From NCBI RefSeq assembly GCF_031769215.1, contig NW_026782006.1, positions 908,070-972,069 on the forward strand: a stretch of 64,000 bases of DNA, in the 5' to 3' direction. Below, in pieces: positions 13,509-26,800 of the stretch; positions within the stretch are counted from its first letter, which is position 1; every line of letters starts with the position of its first letter. The notes beneath the pieces were generated by a model that searched no databases, had not been told where the DNA came from, and saw only the letters and a program-made list of their open reading frames with translations. This DNA comes from Ylistrum balloti. Taxonomy: Eukaryota. The position numbers and the translations under genes are program-made.

Positions 13509-15605
13509 GGTAGACTAACATCTGAACAATATCTAACATCTGATGCTGTAGTACAACTTATAACTGCTCTGACTGTACTGCTCTGACTAACTCTGATGCT
13601 GTAGTACTTAAACTGCTCTGACTGTACACAATCTAACATCTAACATATACTGCTCTGACTGTACACAATCTAACATCTGATGCTGTAGTACTTACTTATA
13701 CTGCTCTGACTGTACACAATCTAACATCTGATGCTGTAGTACTTACTGACTGTAAACAATACTGCTCTGATGCCTACTTACAACATGTAGAATTTAACAT
13801 CTGATGCTGTACTTACTATATACTGCTCTGACTGTACACAATCTAACATCTGATGCTGTAGCTTACTTATACTGCTCTGACTGTACACAATCTAACATCT
13901 GATGCTGTAGTACTTACTTATACTGCTCTGACTGTAATCTAACAATCTAACATCTGATGCTGTAGTACTTACTTATACTGCTCTGACTGTACACAATCTA
14001 ACATCTGATGCTGTAGTACTGCTCTGACTGTACACAATCTAACATCTGATGCTGTAGTACTGCTCTGACTGTACACAATCTAACATCTGATGCTGTAGTA
14101 CTGCTCTGACTGTAAACAATCTAACATCTGATGCTGTAGTACTGCTCTGACTGTACACAATCTAACATCTGATGCTGTACTGCTCTGACTGTACACAATC
14201 TAACATCTGACTGTAGTACTTACTTATACTGCTCTGACTGTACACAATCTAACATCTGATGCTGTAGTACTGCTCTGACTGTACACAATCTAACATCTGA
14301 TGCTGTAGTACTTACTTATACTGCTCTGACTGTACACAATCTAACATCTGATGCTGTAGTACTGTACACAATCTAACATCTACTTATACTGCTCTGACTG
14401 TACACAATCTAACATCTGATGCTGTAGTACTTACTTATACTGCTCTGACTGTACACAATCTAACATCTGATGCTGTACTGCTCTGACTGTACACAATCTA
14501 ACATCTGATGCTGTAGTACTGCTCTGACTGTACACAATCTAACATCTGATGCTGTAGTACTTACTTATACTGCTCTGACTGTACACAATCTAACATCTGA
14601 TGCTGTAGTACTTACTTATACTGCTCTGACTGTAAACAATCTAACATCTGATAGCTGCTCTGACTGTACACAATCTAACATCTGATGCTTATACTGCTCT
14701 GACTGTACACAATCTAACATCTGATGCTGTAGTACTTACTTATACTGCTCTGACTGTACACAATGACTGTACACAATCTAACATCTGATGCTGTAGTACT
14801 TACTTATACTGCTCTGACTGTACACAATCTAACATCTGATGCTGTAGTACTGCTCTGACTGTACACAATCTAACATCTGATGCTGTAGTACTTACTTATA
14901 CTGCTCTGACTGTAAACAATCTAACATCTGATGCTGTAGTACTGCTCTGACTGTACACAATCTAACATCTGATGCTGTAGTACTTACTTATACTGCTCTG
15001 ACTGTACACAATCTAACATCTGATGCTGTAGTACTTACTTATACTGCTCTGACTGTACACAATCTAACATCTGATGCTGTAGTACTGCTCTGTACACAAT
15101 CTAACATCTGATGCTGTAGTACTTACTTATACTGCTCTGACTGTACACAATCTAACATCTGATGCTGTAGTACTTACTTATACTGCTCTGACTGTAAACA
15201 ATCTAACATCTGATGCTGTAGTACTTACTTATACTGCTCTGACTGTACACAATCTAACATCTGATGCTGTAGTACTGCTCTGACTGTAAACAATCTAACA
15301 TCTGATGCTGTAGTACTGCTCTGACTGTACACAATCTAACATCTGATGCTGTAGTACTGCTCTGACTGTAAACAATCTAACATCTGATGCTGTAGTACTG
15401 CTCTGACTGTAAACAATCTAACATCTGATGCTGTAGTACTGCTCTGACTGTAAACAATCTAACATCTGATGCTGTAGTACTGCTCTGACTGTAAACAATC
15501 TAACATCTGATGCTGTAGTACTTACTTATACTGCTCTGACTGTAAACAATCTAACATCTGATGCTGTAGTACTTACTTGTACTGCTCTAACTGTAAACAA
15601 TCTAA
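13509..15605. repeat. 51/42-bp minisatellite, copy 3 (5-prime part scrambled)
   Basis: Same unit; first ~1.3 kb has many indels. Confidence 0.9.
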
Positions 15606-16595
15606 CACCTCATACTGGTCTTCTACTTCACAACTCATTTCCAAGGCCAATTCCTCCTTCCCTTCTCTATCCAATTCTGAAGACTTGATTAGAATTTGAT
15701 ATTAATCAGAGCTGTATCAAGCAGAAGTTTTTGTCAGATATTGTTAAGAAATCATTCCCTTATCAGCATAACCCTTGTCAAAAGTCTTAAGAAATGTGGT
15801 TTTCCTCATCTTTGAATTATGGGACCAGTATGAATTTCCAGGTGATAAAATTGACTGTCAATGAAAAAAATCCTTCATCTTAATTTCTCAATCTATTAAC
15901 CTGTTTGAAAGTGTTGTTTTCTAATATGATAAACACTAGCAGTGATCAACAGTTGGGATATTAGGGTATTTTATGTAAATATACTAAATTTGTGTGATCA
16001 AATTTTAGTGCATCATTACTCTGGCAAATTAGTACGTTGATGAGCTTGTGTATCCATAGTCAAGATCAACATGGAAAACTGGAAAAAATATCAGCCAATC
16101 AGGTTACACCAGCCTCATTAAATATGCACAGAATTTGCCAATAATCACACTTTAACAAGAGATTAAGGTAACAAGTCTACCAACCAAGCCTCCTCATAAT
16201 TCATTTGTTCCTACAAAAGATAACACGTGGAAAGCATTCAGTTAGAGTGTCACAAAATATCAGCCAATCAGGTCACAGCAGTCTCATCAAGTATGCATAG
16301 AGTTTGCAGATACTCAAACCTGAAGAAGGAATTAATGTAATAAGTCTGTAAAGCAAGTTTCCTAAAAATTCTTATCATTTCTTCTTAAGATAAGGTGCAG
16401 AAAGATTTCCCATAGAGTGATTAAAGAAATCAACCAAGTCACAGCAGCCTCATTAAATATGAGCAGAATTCACCGTTAGTCAAAATTGGGAGAGGGATTA
16501 AGGTAACAAGTGAACCAACCAAGTTTCTTCAAAATTCTACCAGTCCTTCTAAAAATATCGTGTGGAGAGAAATTAAAGAAAACACTCAATCAGGT

Positions 16596-16810
16596 CACAG
16601 CAGCCTCATTATCTCAATCAGGTCACATCAGCCTCATTATCTCAATCAGGTCACAGTAGCCTCATTATCTCAATCAGGTCACATCAGCCTCATTATCTCA
16701 ATCAGGTCACATCAGCCTCATTATCTCAATCAGGTCACAGTAGCCTCATTATTTCAATCATGTCACAGTAGCCTCATTATCTTGATCAGGTCACAGTAGC
16801 CTCATTATCT
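16596..16810. repeat. 28-bp minisatellite, copy 3
   Basis: Same unit. Confidence 0.9.
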
Positions 16811-17054
16811 ATGTGCAGAATTTGCTGTTTATCAAACTTGGTCAAGGGATTAATTTAACAAGGGTACCAACCAGGTTTCATGAAAATTTGATATTTTCAT
16901 TTGGTGTTTAAGTTAATTCTCTCACAATTATCTAATTAGATCAAAGTAGTTACTATAGCAGAGATCCCGGTGCATTAAACACTTCTCAAAAGTTAATCAT
17001 AAAAAAAGACACAGTCATAAGGGATATGGGAAGAACTCAACGTTATAATTCCCT

Positions 17055-18515
17055 CTTCTAACTACTTAAGAAACACTGACAGTATCATATCCCACACATG
17101 GTGAACCAAAAGTTAAACTTCTCTCTTACACTTAACTTCAAAACAAATGCTGACAGTATCATATCCCACACATGGTGAACCAATATTTAAACTTCTCTCT
17201 TACACTTAACTTCAAAACATTTGCTGACAGTATCATATCTCACACATGGTGAACCAATATTTAAACTTCTCTCTTACACTTAACTTCAAAACATTTGCTG
17301 ACAGTATCATATCTCACACATGGTGAACCAAAAGTTAAACTACTCTCTTCAACTTAACTTCAAAACATTTGCTGACAGTATCATATCTCACACATGGTGA
17401 ACCAAAAGTTAAACTTCTCTCTTACACTTAACTTCAAAACAAATGCTGACAGTATCATATCTCACACATGGTGAACCAAAAGTTAAACTTCTCTCTTACA
17501 CTTAACTTCAAAACAAATGCTGACAGTATCATATCCCACACATGGTGAACCAAAAGTTAAACTTCTCTCTTACACTTAACTTCAAAACATTTGCTGACAG
17601 TATCATATCTCACACATGGTGAACCAATATTTAAACTTCTCTCTTACACTTAACTTCAAAACAAATGCTGACAGTATCATATCTCACACATGGTGAACCA
17701 AAAGTTAAACTTCTCTCTTACACTTAACTTCAAAACATTTGCTGACAGTATCATATCTCACACATGGTGAACCAAAAGTTAAACTTCTCTCTTACACTTA
17801 ACTTCAAAACAAATGCTGACAGTATCATATCCCACACATGGTGAACCAAAAGTTAAACTTCTCTCTTACACTTAACTTCAAAACATTTGCTGACAGTATC
17901 ATATCTCACACATGGTGAACCAATATTTAAACTTCTCTCTTACACTTAACTTCAAAACATTTGCTGACAGTATCATATCTCACACATGGTGAACCAAAAG
18001 TTAAACTACTCTCTTCCACTTAACTTCAAAACATTTGCTGACAGTATCATATCTCACACATGGTGAACCAAAAGTTAAACTTCTCTCTTACACTTAACTT
18101 CAAAACATTTGCTGACAGTATCATATCTCACACATGGTGAACCAAAAGTTAAACTTCTCTCTTCCACTTAACTTCAAAACATTTGCTGACAGTATCATAT
18201 CTCACACATGGTGAACCAAAAGTTAAAATTCTCTCTTCCACTTAACTTCAAAACATTTGCTGACAGTATCATATCCCACACATGGTGAACCAAAAGTTAA
18301 ATTTCTCTCTTACACTTAACTTCAAAACATTTGCTGACAGTATCATATCTCACACATGGTGAACCAAAAGTTAAACTTCTCTCTTACACTTAACTTCAAA
18401 ACATTTGCTGACAGTATCATATCTCACACATGGTGAACCAATATTTAAACTTCTCTCTTACACTTAACTTCAAAACATTTGCTAACAGTATCATATCTCA
18501 CACATGGTGAATCAA
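17055..18515. repeat. 74-bp minisatellite (gtgaaccaaaagttaaacttctctcttacacttaacttcaaaaca[at]ttgctgacagtatcatatc[tc]cacacatg), about 20 copies
   Basis: Tandem periodicity of 74 bp. Confidence 0.95.
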
Positions 18516-18982
18516 GAGATACACCCAGTTAAATTCCTTTTAACTACTAAAGAAAAAACTTACAGGATAGAACAGTTTCTTTTCCAATATTTCCTAACAA
18601 ATCAAATAAAGATAATTATGTTATGTGTAAAGAACTGGCTGTTATTAGAATATAAAATTAAAAAAAAACAAAAGGAAAAAAAAAACAAAAACATGTAATA
18701 ATTAAATTTTTTTTAAAAATCAACAAGGTTCATTAAGATATACACCCTATCCACAATCCTTTTGATTTCAACAACGGGTTAGATGTTACCTAAAATACAT
18801 TGACTATTGACCAAAATATAACCATATAAAGGTCTCACTGATTAACAATATCGTAGTTATCTTGTACACAGGCCTTAACTTGTGCATAATATTAGCCTTC
18901 AATAAGTAAGGGTGGAAATTCAAATGTATAGTTACTGAAATTATCATCATGTTGTGAGGTAGTTAGGCAAACAGGAAATCAG

Positions 18983-19478
18983 AGATATTATGATGGTAAA
19001 GACTCACACCATTATAGATATTACGATGGTAAAGACTCACACCATTATAGATATTACGATGGTAAAGACTCACACCATTATAGATATTACGATGGTAAAG
19101 ACTCACACCATTATAGATATTACGATGGTAAAGACTCACACCATTATAGATATTATGATGGTAAAGACTCACACCATTATAGATATTACGATGGTAAAGA
19201 CTCACTCACACCATTATAGATATTACGATGGTAAAGACTCACAACATTATAGATATTACGATGGTAAAGACTCACACCATTATAGATATTACGATGGTAA
19301 AGACTCACACCATTATAGATATTACGATGGTAAAGACTCACACCATTATAGATATTACGATGGTAAAGACTCACACCATTATAGATATTACGATGGTAAA
19401 GACTCACACCATTATAGATATTACGATGGTAAAGACTCACACCATTATAGATATTATGATGGTAAAGACTCACATTGT
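18983..19478. repeat. 33-bp minisatellite (attatagatattacgatggtaaagactcacacc), about 15 copies
   Basis: Tandem periodicity; unit is a multiple of 3, which gives spurious repeat ORFs on both strands. Confidence 0.95.
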
Positions 19479-20087
19479 CAGGAGAATACTCGGCTGAATC
19501 AGCATTAGAAGACTCCTCCTATTAACAAACAAGAGTGACGTAGTGACAGGACATTTTTACTGACTCGATGGAAACAATTCTGAATAGGTGACAATTTACT
19601 GTAAAATGTCTAGTTGTTAGTGATCTCCTGATGAATATAGGACAGCATCAAAAACCAGTTCTAATTGTTTAAGATGCCTTAGATTTAGTATCATCATGTT
19701 TCATTGCTGGATTTTGGTACTACTTTGATGAAATTTAATTTAGCACATACATGACCTTTTATAAAAGCCAAGAAGAACAGTCCTAAAATCTAAATTAAAT
19801 TCAACCTCAGGCCTGAAGCCTTGACTGCCACATGATGTAAGCAATACTGAATATAAAGGTTAAAGGGTAAGTAGCTTTTAAGTGTGATGAAAAAGATATT
19901 GAGATATTAATGATAGTAAGTCTTAATTGATAAGATTCAAGTTCTTGAGGGTCAATATATGCATACAGTCAAAACTGTAATCCTTTACTAAAAATTCTTA
20001 TTAAGTTATTTCCAGTGGAAAATAAATAATAATAAAAATACAATTTTCCTAAAAAAAAAACAAAATAGTAAACTTCTTCCCTTCCCA

Positions 20088-20590
20088 AAGGAGGAATGTG
20101 AGACCCTGGGGTTAAGAAATTCATAATTTTGGTAAAGCCACCTTAAAACCTTTCCATCCATGAAGAGCGTATCTAGGTGTTGAGAAGATGATTTTTGAAA
20201 TTTTAGTAAATTTAGCCCCATCCATCAGCCCCTGGAGGTTAGCCAGGATCAATATGTGCATATCATCAAGCTGTCATCCTTTGAAAATAATTTTAACCAA
20301 GTTTGAAATATTTCCAATGGAAATGAAACAAATTAAGCTCAAAAATGCACTTTACATATACAAACTGTAGCAAGCTTTACTCCTCCATAGGGGAAAATGT
20401 GAGACCCTGGGGAGGGGGTACCAAGGTTACCAATTTTGGTTACCCTAAGACCTATCCATACAGGAAGAGCATTTGATTCTACCATGAGAAGAGAAAGATT
20501 TTTGAAATTTGAGTCAATTGGACCCCTTTTGGACCCACCCCTCAGGCCCCTGCTAACAGGTGACCATATAATTCACTAAATTTTTTCATC
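20088..20590. mobile_element. Two tandem diverged copies (~295 bp) of a SINE-like interspersed element (core ...aatgtgagaccctgggg...), overlapping the PARP4 stop codon and 3-prime UTR
   Basis: Copy a 20088-20382 and copy b 20383-~20590 align along their length at about 70% identity. Confidence 0.6.
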
Positions 20591-20845
20591 ATTGGCCAGG
20601 GCAGGCTTCCGCAAAATTTCACTGAAAACAGTTTGGAGGATTTTAAGATGCAGAATGCCAGATACAAAGCAATGATTGTAATTGGTCAGCATAAAACTCT
20701 GTCTCAGGTGAACTAAAATTCTTACATCTGGTGCGATAACTTCCCACAATTCATCTAGAACAACATGAGGGCCAAGATATGTACAAATTTCAGTATGTTC
20801 CAACATTAGCAGGTCATCAATATCTGGTGAGGTCACCTCTTCATC
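20576..20845 (-). CDS. PARP4: PARP4 terminal exon as modelled DEEVTSPDIDDLL...ILRKPALANDEKI, stop at 20578-20576
   Basis: Acceptor cagtgtttctttcag|; open frame of 89 codons to TAG; an internal GAT|gtaaga at about 20715 could instead be a donor, so the true 3-prime end is uncertain. Confidence 0.5.
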   Translation of the reverse strand, partial: DEEVTSPDIDDLLMLEHTEICTYLGPHVVLDELWEVIAPDVRILVHLRQSFMLTNYNHCFVSGILHLKILQTVFSEILRKPALANDEKI

Positions 20846-23800
20846 CTGAAAGAAACACTGGTCATCATAAATTTTATATGTATACAGAACAAACTAATCA
20901 GACAAGCATACAGACATTTTATTTTATCATTGGACTAATATGATTGACAGTACAGACCAAAAATGTGATATCTGACCCTCAAAGTCAAATGTGTGAGATT
21001 CAACATATGATAGTCAAATATATGACAAACTAGAAAAGTTTTTCTGTGCGCAAAATTTTAAATCAAATGTTAACCAATTTCTCCCTCAATACCTGGCAGC
21101 AAAGTTAAAAAAAAGAAATGAATTTTTGTAACAATACAGTTAACATAACATATGTCCAATTCAGAGTTTCAATTAAATTATTTGTTCTTTCCCTCAATCA
21201 AACCTTGTCACGCTTCTCAACAGCTATGAAGCTTGTCAGCTGAGTGACGATGGAGAACTCCTTGCTCAGTCTGATAATGTAATCCTTCATGTCCATCTTC
21301 ATCCTCTGTCAAGGTGAAAGGATAAAGGTGACTGCACAAAAACACATCAGAAATGATGCAACACCACTACATTTACAAAAAACCTGAAGTTTTATTTTAA
21401 AGTTTGACCTTGAAGTACAATCCTTAAAATTTGACCTTGAAATACAAACAATGTCCAGCTTTTCTCATATTTGACCAAAGATGATGTTCTTAAAATACAA
21501 ATCTCACCTGTTGATTGAGACCGTCTGATGACAAGAGTCCATCCTCCCAGTCACGGATGATAGCTTTGGCTGCCAGCTGGTGCAAAATCTGTCGTAACAT
21601 AAATAAAGTGAGGGATAGAGGAGATTCAACACCTTGAGATGTATTGGTGATCATATTGGTAAAAGGACCACTTTCTGAAATCAATTTACATGAGATCCAA
21701 CGATATTAATTTGGACAAATATCCAAAGTAACAAACAATTTGATTATGTGAGTTTTACCTTTCCTTTAGATACATAGCGGTCAGATTTGGTCACTACAGC
21801 CGATATTTCTTGGTCACCTATTTCAGCGGTCAGGGTTGCCTGTGAAGTAATACAGCGTTGTTATATAGTCATTTCCTCAAGTCACAAAGAGCAGACCTGT
21901 ATTTTGCCATCATAAGCCCATGAGTATAAAAGTAAGTCAAGAGATTTGAAATATTGTGCCTAAATATCAATCTAGCAAAATTATACATAAAGTTGGCACA
22001 ATCAAACTTACATACATGGAAAATTGTCAGAATGTATCACAGATCACATGGCAGTGATTTCCTGAGAAATTCCAGTCAGATGAGTTCTATTCCCTCATGG
22101 ATCACTTTGATGTGAAGAAAGTTAAGTTTAACTACTAGTATAGCTTTTAACTATAATGCCACAAAACAATCTGACACCAGCCTATGAAAACTTCCACTTC
22201 ATTCTTTGAATTAAGAGAGCTTCACATAAACATGCTTAGATTGAAATTTCAATACAATCAATAAATATGATACATTAGCCATCAAAAGATAGTACATGGC
22301 TATTACAGGACTGACATAACATTTCCCATAAATTCCCATCACTAAGGTTTTTTATGTTCCTGCAAATTGAAATGGTCATATACACCAACCCAACAATACC
22401 TGGGTTTTCCTCAATACTCTGGTTTCCTCCCTCATTAAGACCCCACACTTACTCCAGGCTAACAACAGTGATTCATATTTTTAGCTACAAGTGTTTTTGC
22501 AATAGTTGTAAAATGAAGTTAATATGAAGATTTGACATGAAGGACATATAGAAGCACTTACGCTGGCACAGTTCTGAACAAATCCATAAACTACTATCCT
22601 TGATCCACTAAATACAGCTGTAATTTGATTGGGTGCCTGTTTTGGAGGCGGAGCACCATATTCCTGTTGCCAGGAGACAGCCACTGATGTCAGTCCAGGT
22701 TGACCTGCTTTAGCAATCTGGGACTTCACCTTGGAAAATCCGAGAACATTCATTTGAAAACTGGGAGATCATCCCCCCTCCATACAACTGTTAACACTCT
22801 CTACAATTAAACATGCTAATATGACCAAGAAACAAATATCATCAAGTCGTTTGTACCGCTGGGCTTGATACATCTTCTTAGTTAGATTGGTTCAGCAAAA
22901 GACTAGTAAGCCAAAGGTCACGAGTTCGAATTGTAAAGGAGGCATTGAAATCAATTATGATCTTGATTACAAGTTTAACACTTGTATAGAGACTTGGGAA
23001 TGATACTTTGCATTGCTTTAACCACTAGACACTCAAGGACAAGTTCTTTCCTAAAGGGAGAGTAAGTAACCCTGGTAAAATACTAGCCACAGTATACTGG
23101 TAAGCTGGAGAGATTTTTGGTTTGACTGGGGCATGACAAGTAAACCAGAGCATCTGGAGTTGATCATTACCAGAGGCTTTAAAACAAATAATGACCTCTG
23201 TTACATATCCAAATCATGAAACCATAACAAAACAACTTGTTTTAATGTATTCAGATTACCTATCTTATAAAAGTATCTCGTTAATAATGTGTTTTACCTT
23301 TTCTTCCCACTTTGACTTTGCTTTACTATCAAATCCTTCGAATACTCCAGCTCCAACACGAGCCAGTGCTCCAAGCACGTGACGGTTCATCATACTGCTG
23401 TAATAAATAGAAAAGAATGAAGCCCACAGTCGTTAATGGTCTTTAACAGCAGGGAGAAGGGATATTTTTTCTATTTTGAATGAAATCTTTCTAAAAGTAT
23501 GATTTTCAAGATGGCAGTCATGGTGGCCATCTTGGATTTCAGAGAGACCCAAAAAATAACAATCCTTTGTCAGGACCATCTCAGGATCATTTCATGCAAG
23601 TTTGAGCTCAATTCCTCTGTTGGAACTTCAGAAGAAGTTAAAATGTCAGAAGTTTATGCACGGTGAATGACAATTGACGAAGCCTGATCATGACCCTTAG
23701 GGTTAGATGACCTTACAAATATATATAGATTAATAAAAGAATAAACAAGGACAGTGATGTTACACAAGGTGGGAGGAAATAATCATTGTATCAATATTTT

Positions 23801-26800
23801 GATTAATCTTCTTAAAGAGGTCTACTTAAAATTATTTCAAGAAAATTTGCAAATTTAAATTGGTAAGTACAAAATATGGGAGTTAAGAAGATTACATACC
23901 TAACACCAAAGGTAAACACTCGCGTGTGCTGGGAATTCTTGTGTACAGTGTCCATGGTGATGTCCTGATTGTTAATATGCCCATCAGACACAAGGAAAAT
24001 ATTCCGTAATGCACTCTCTGGTTTGAGCAGGTAGAATGAATGTAAAGGTCGGTACAAATCTGTATTTCCCATGTTTGCATCTACAGACTGTAATGATAAA
24101 GGTGACTTTCAACATTAAATAGTCAATTACACTGTTGAGTGATGCTGATTGGATCAGCAAAGAGTGAAACATTTTCCTTATCAATGGCTCTGTAATATCC
24201 CTTATCATCATTAATTACCGCTAAATAACAATTATTTCTAATAAATTCCTGTAATATCCCTTATCATCATTAATTACCGCTAAATAACAATTATTTCTAA
24301 TAAATTCCTGTAATATCCCTTATCATCATTAATTACCGCTAAATAACAATTATTTCTAATAAATTCCTGTAATATCCCTTATCATCATTAATTACCGCTA
24401 AATAACAATTATTTCTAATAAATTCCTGTAATATCCCTTATCATCATTAATTACCGCTAAATAACAATTATTTCTAATAAATTCCTGTAATATCCCTTAT
24501 CATCATTAATTACCGCTAAATAACAATTATTTCTAATAAATTCCTGTAATATCCCTTATCATCATTAATTACCGCTAAATAACAATTATTTCTAATAAAT
24601 TCCAAGAAGATCCCTGTAGCTGTTTCAAAGTAATAGTGATGATGAGAGTGGTTTACAAATGGACAACAACCACTTATGATATGGTGGAGGTACCTCATGT
24701 TACTGACCTGTATTAGAACTTCAGCTGTAGAGACACTGGACTTGTTCTTCGGTTGGCTTGAAGGGAAAAGTTCACGGAAAGCTGATGAAGACAACAGACA
24801 AGTCATAATTTAAAAAATGCTATGTAAATCCAGCAGACACACAAAAACATCCCTATATGAACACAACTAAATTCTCCAGCAACCATTCAATGTCCCAATT
24901 CAAGGAAACCATTACACTTCAGTTTCACTTCAGAGATAACAAAGCTTCTAAAAATTTATATGTGAAAGCTACAATCTGAAGTTTAACCAATGTACTTACC
25001 TGTCCCAAAAATGACAACATTGAATTTCCAGGTTTTAGGCAGGAAGTGGAGGATAAGAAGCAGAATCTTCTTGGCCTCATTCAAACCCTTGTCTGTCATG
25101 GAGTTGGACAAGTCAAGCATGAGGATGACCTCTGACTCATTGTCCTCACAGGCCTCAAACTCGGGGTAAAACGTCAACATACAGGCCTAGGATAAAACAG
25201 TAGAATGTCAACATATAGGGCAAGGATAAACAGTACAATGTCAACACACAGGCCTAGTATAAACAGTTCAATGTCAACATATAGGGCTAGAGTGAACATT
25301 AGAATGTCAACATACAGGCCTAGTATAAACAGTAAAATGTCAACATACAGGGCTAGGATAAACAGTAAAATGTCAACATACAGGCCTAATATAAACAGTA
25401 CAATGTCAACGTACAGGCCTAGTTTAAACAGTAAAATGTCAACATATAGGGCTAGAGTGAACATTAGAATCTAAACATACAGGCCTAGTATAAACAGTAA
25501 AATGTCAACATACAGGGCTAGGATAAACAGTAAAATGTCAACATACAGGCCTAATATAAACAGTACAATGTCAACATACAGGTCTAGTATAAACAGTAGA
25601 ATGTCAATATATAGGTCTTGGGTGAACATTAGAATCTAAACATACAGGTCTAGGGTGAATAATAAAATGTCAACATGTCAACATACAGGTCTAGAGTGAA
25701 CATTACGATGCCAACGTACAGGTCTAGGATAAAACATTAGAATGTCAACATACAGGCCTAGGATAAAACAGTAGAATGTCAACATACAGGCCTAGGATAA
25801 AACAGTACAATGTCAACATACAGGTCTAGGATAAAACAGTACAATGTCAACACACAAGCCTAGTATAAACAGTTCAATGTCAACATACAGGCCTAGGATA
25901 AAACAGTACAATGTCAACATATAGGGCAAGGATAAACAGTACAATGTCAACACACAGGCCTAGTATAAACAGAACAATGTCAACGTACAGGCCTAGGATA
26001 AAACAGTACAATGTCAACATATAGGGCAAGGATAAACAGTACAATGTCAACATACAGGCCTAGGATAAAACAGTACAATGTCAACATACAGGCCTAGGAT
26101 AAAACAGTTGAAAACCAAGCTTGACTGCTGCTTCTCTCCTACCAAATTTCATGTGAACTTCTTACAAATTAAAATGAATTAAAAACTTCTTGAGGAAGAA
26201 GTTGTATTAAGATTCCCATACTGATCTCTCACCTGCTTTGTTGGATCATCTTCACTCTGTTCTACCCACATACGAGGGACATGAGCCTCTGCTAACTCCA
26301 AAAGAAGTTGAAAGCCATCACCAATATTTAGATTTGGTTCCATCACCACAAGGACTGTAGATTGTTCAGGCTACAATATAACCAAGGTACATCTGACTGT
26401 AACATTGACCTGCTTTGCTTTCTCATCATATACAGATTAGTGACAAAAATTTGGAAACGACAGCATTTAAAATATAAATTATGATCAACTAATTCAAGAG
26501 GTCCAATAGGGTCCTTGGTGCAAAAAGGACAGATAAACAAACCGAGGACAGATTGACTCACCACAAAACAGGCAAAGTTAGAACAGTTCTATCCATCACT
26601 GGACAAATAGTCTTCCTGGGGACAATTTGATCTATCACAAAACAGACAGACTGAGGACAGTTTGACCCACCACAGAACTGACAAACTTAGGGCAGCTTGA
26701 GTCACCCAAGGACAGATAGACAGACTGAAGATAGGCTAACCTCTCACTAGAAATACAGACTGAAGAGACTACAAGACACTACAGTACACACAGACACATT

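Larger units (their letters stand above)
2325..16810. repeat. Higher-order tandem repeat, about 5.1-5.5 kb unit, 3 copies (2325, 7799, 12865). Each unit = spacer A + 27-bp array + spacer B + 51/42-bp array + spacer C + 28-bp array
   Basis: Spacers A (~220 bp) and C (~980 bp) recur almost identically three times; the same three minisatellites recur in the same order. Confidence 0.9.

Noticed and set aside
1-19500. CRISPR array or other prokaryotic repeat-spacer system
   Set aside because: Repeats are contiguous direct tandem units without unique spacers of constant length. Flanking genes are intron-containing eukaryotic genes.
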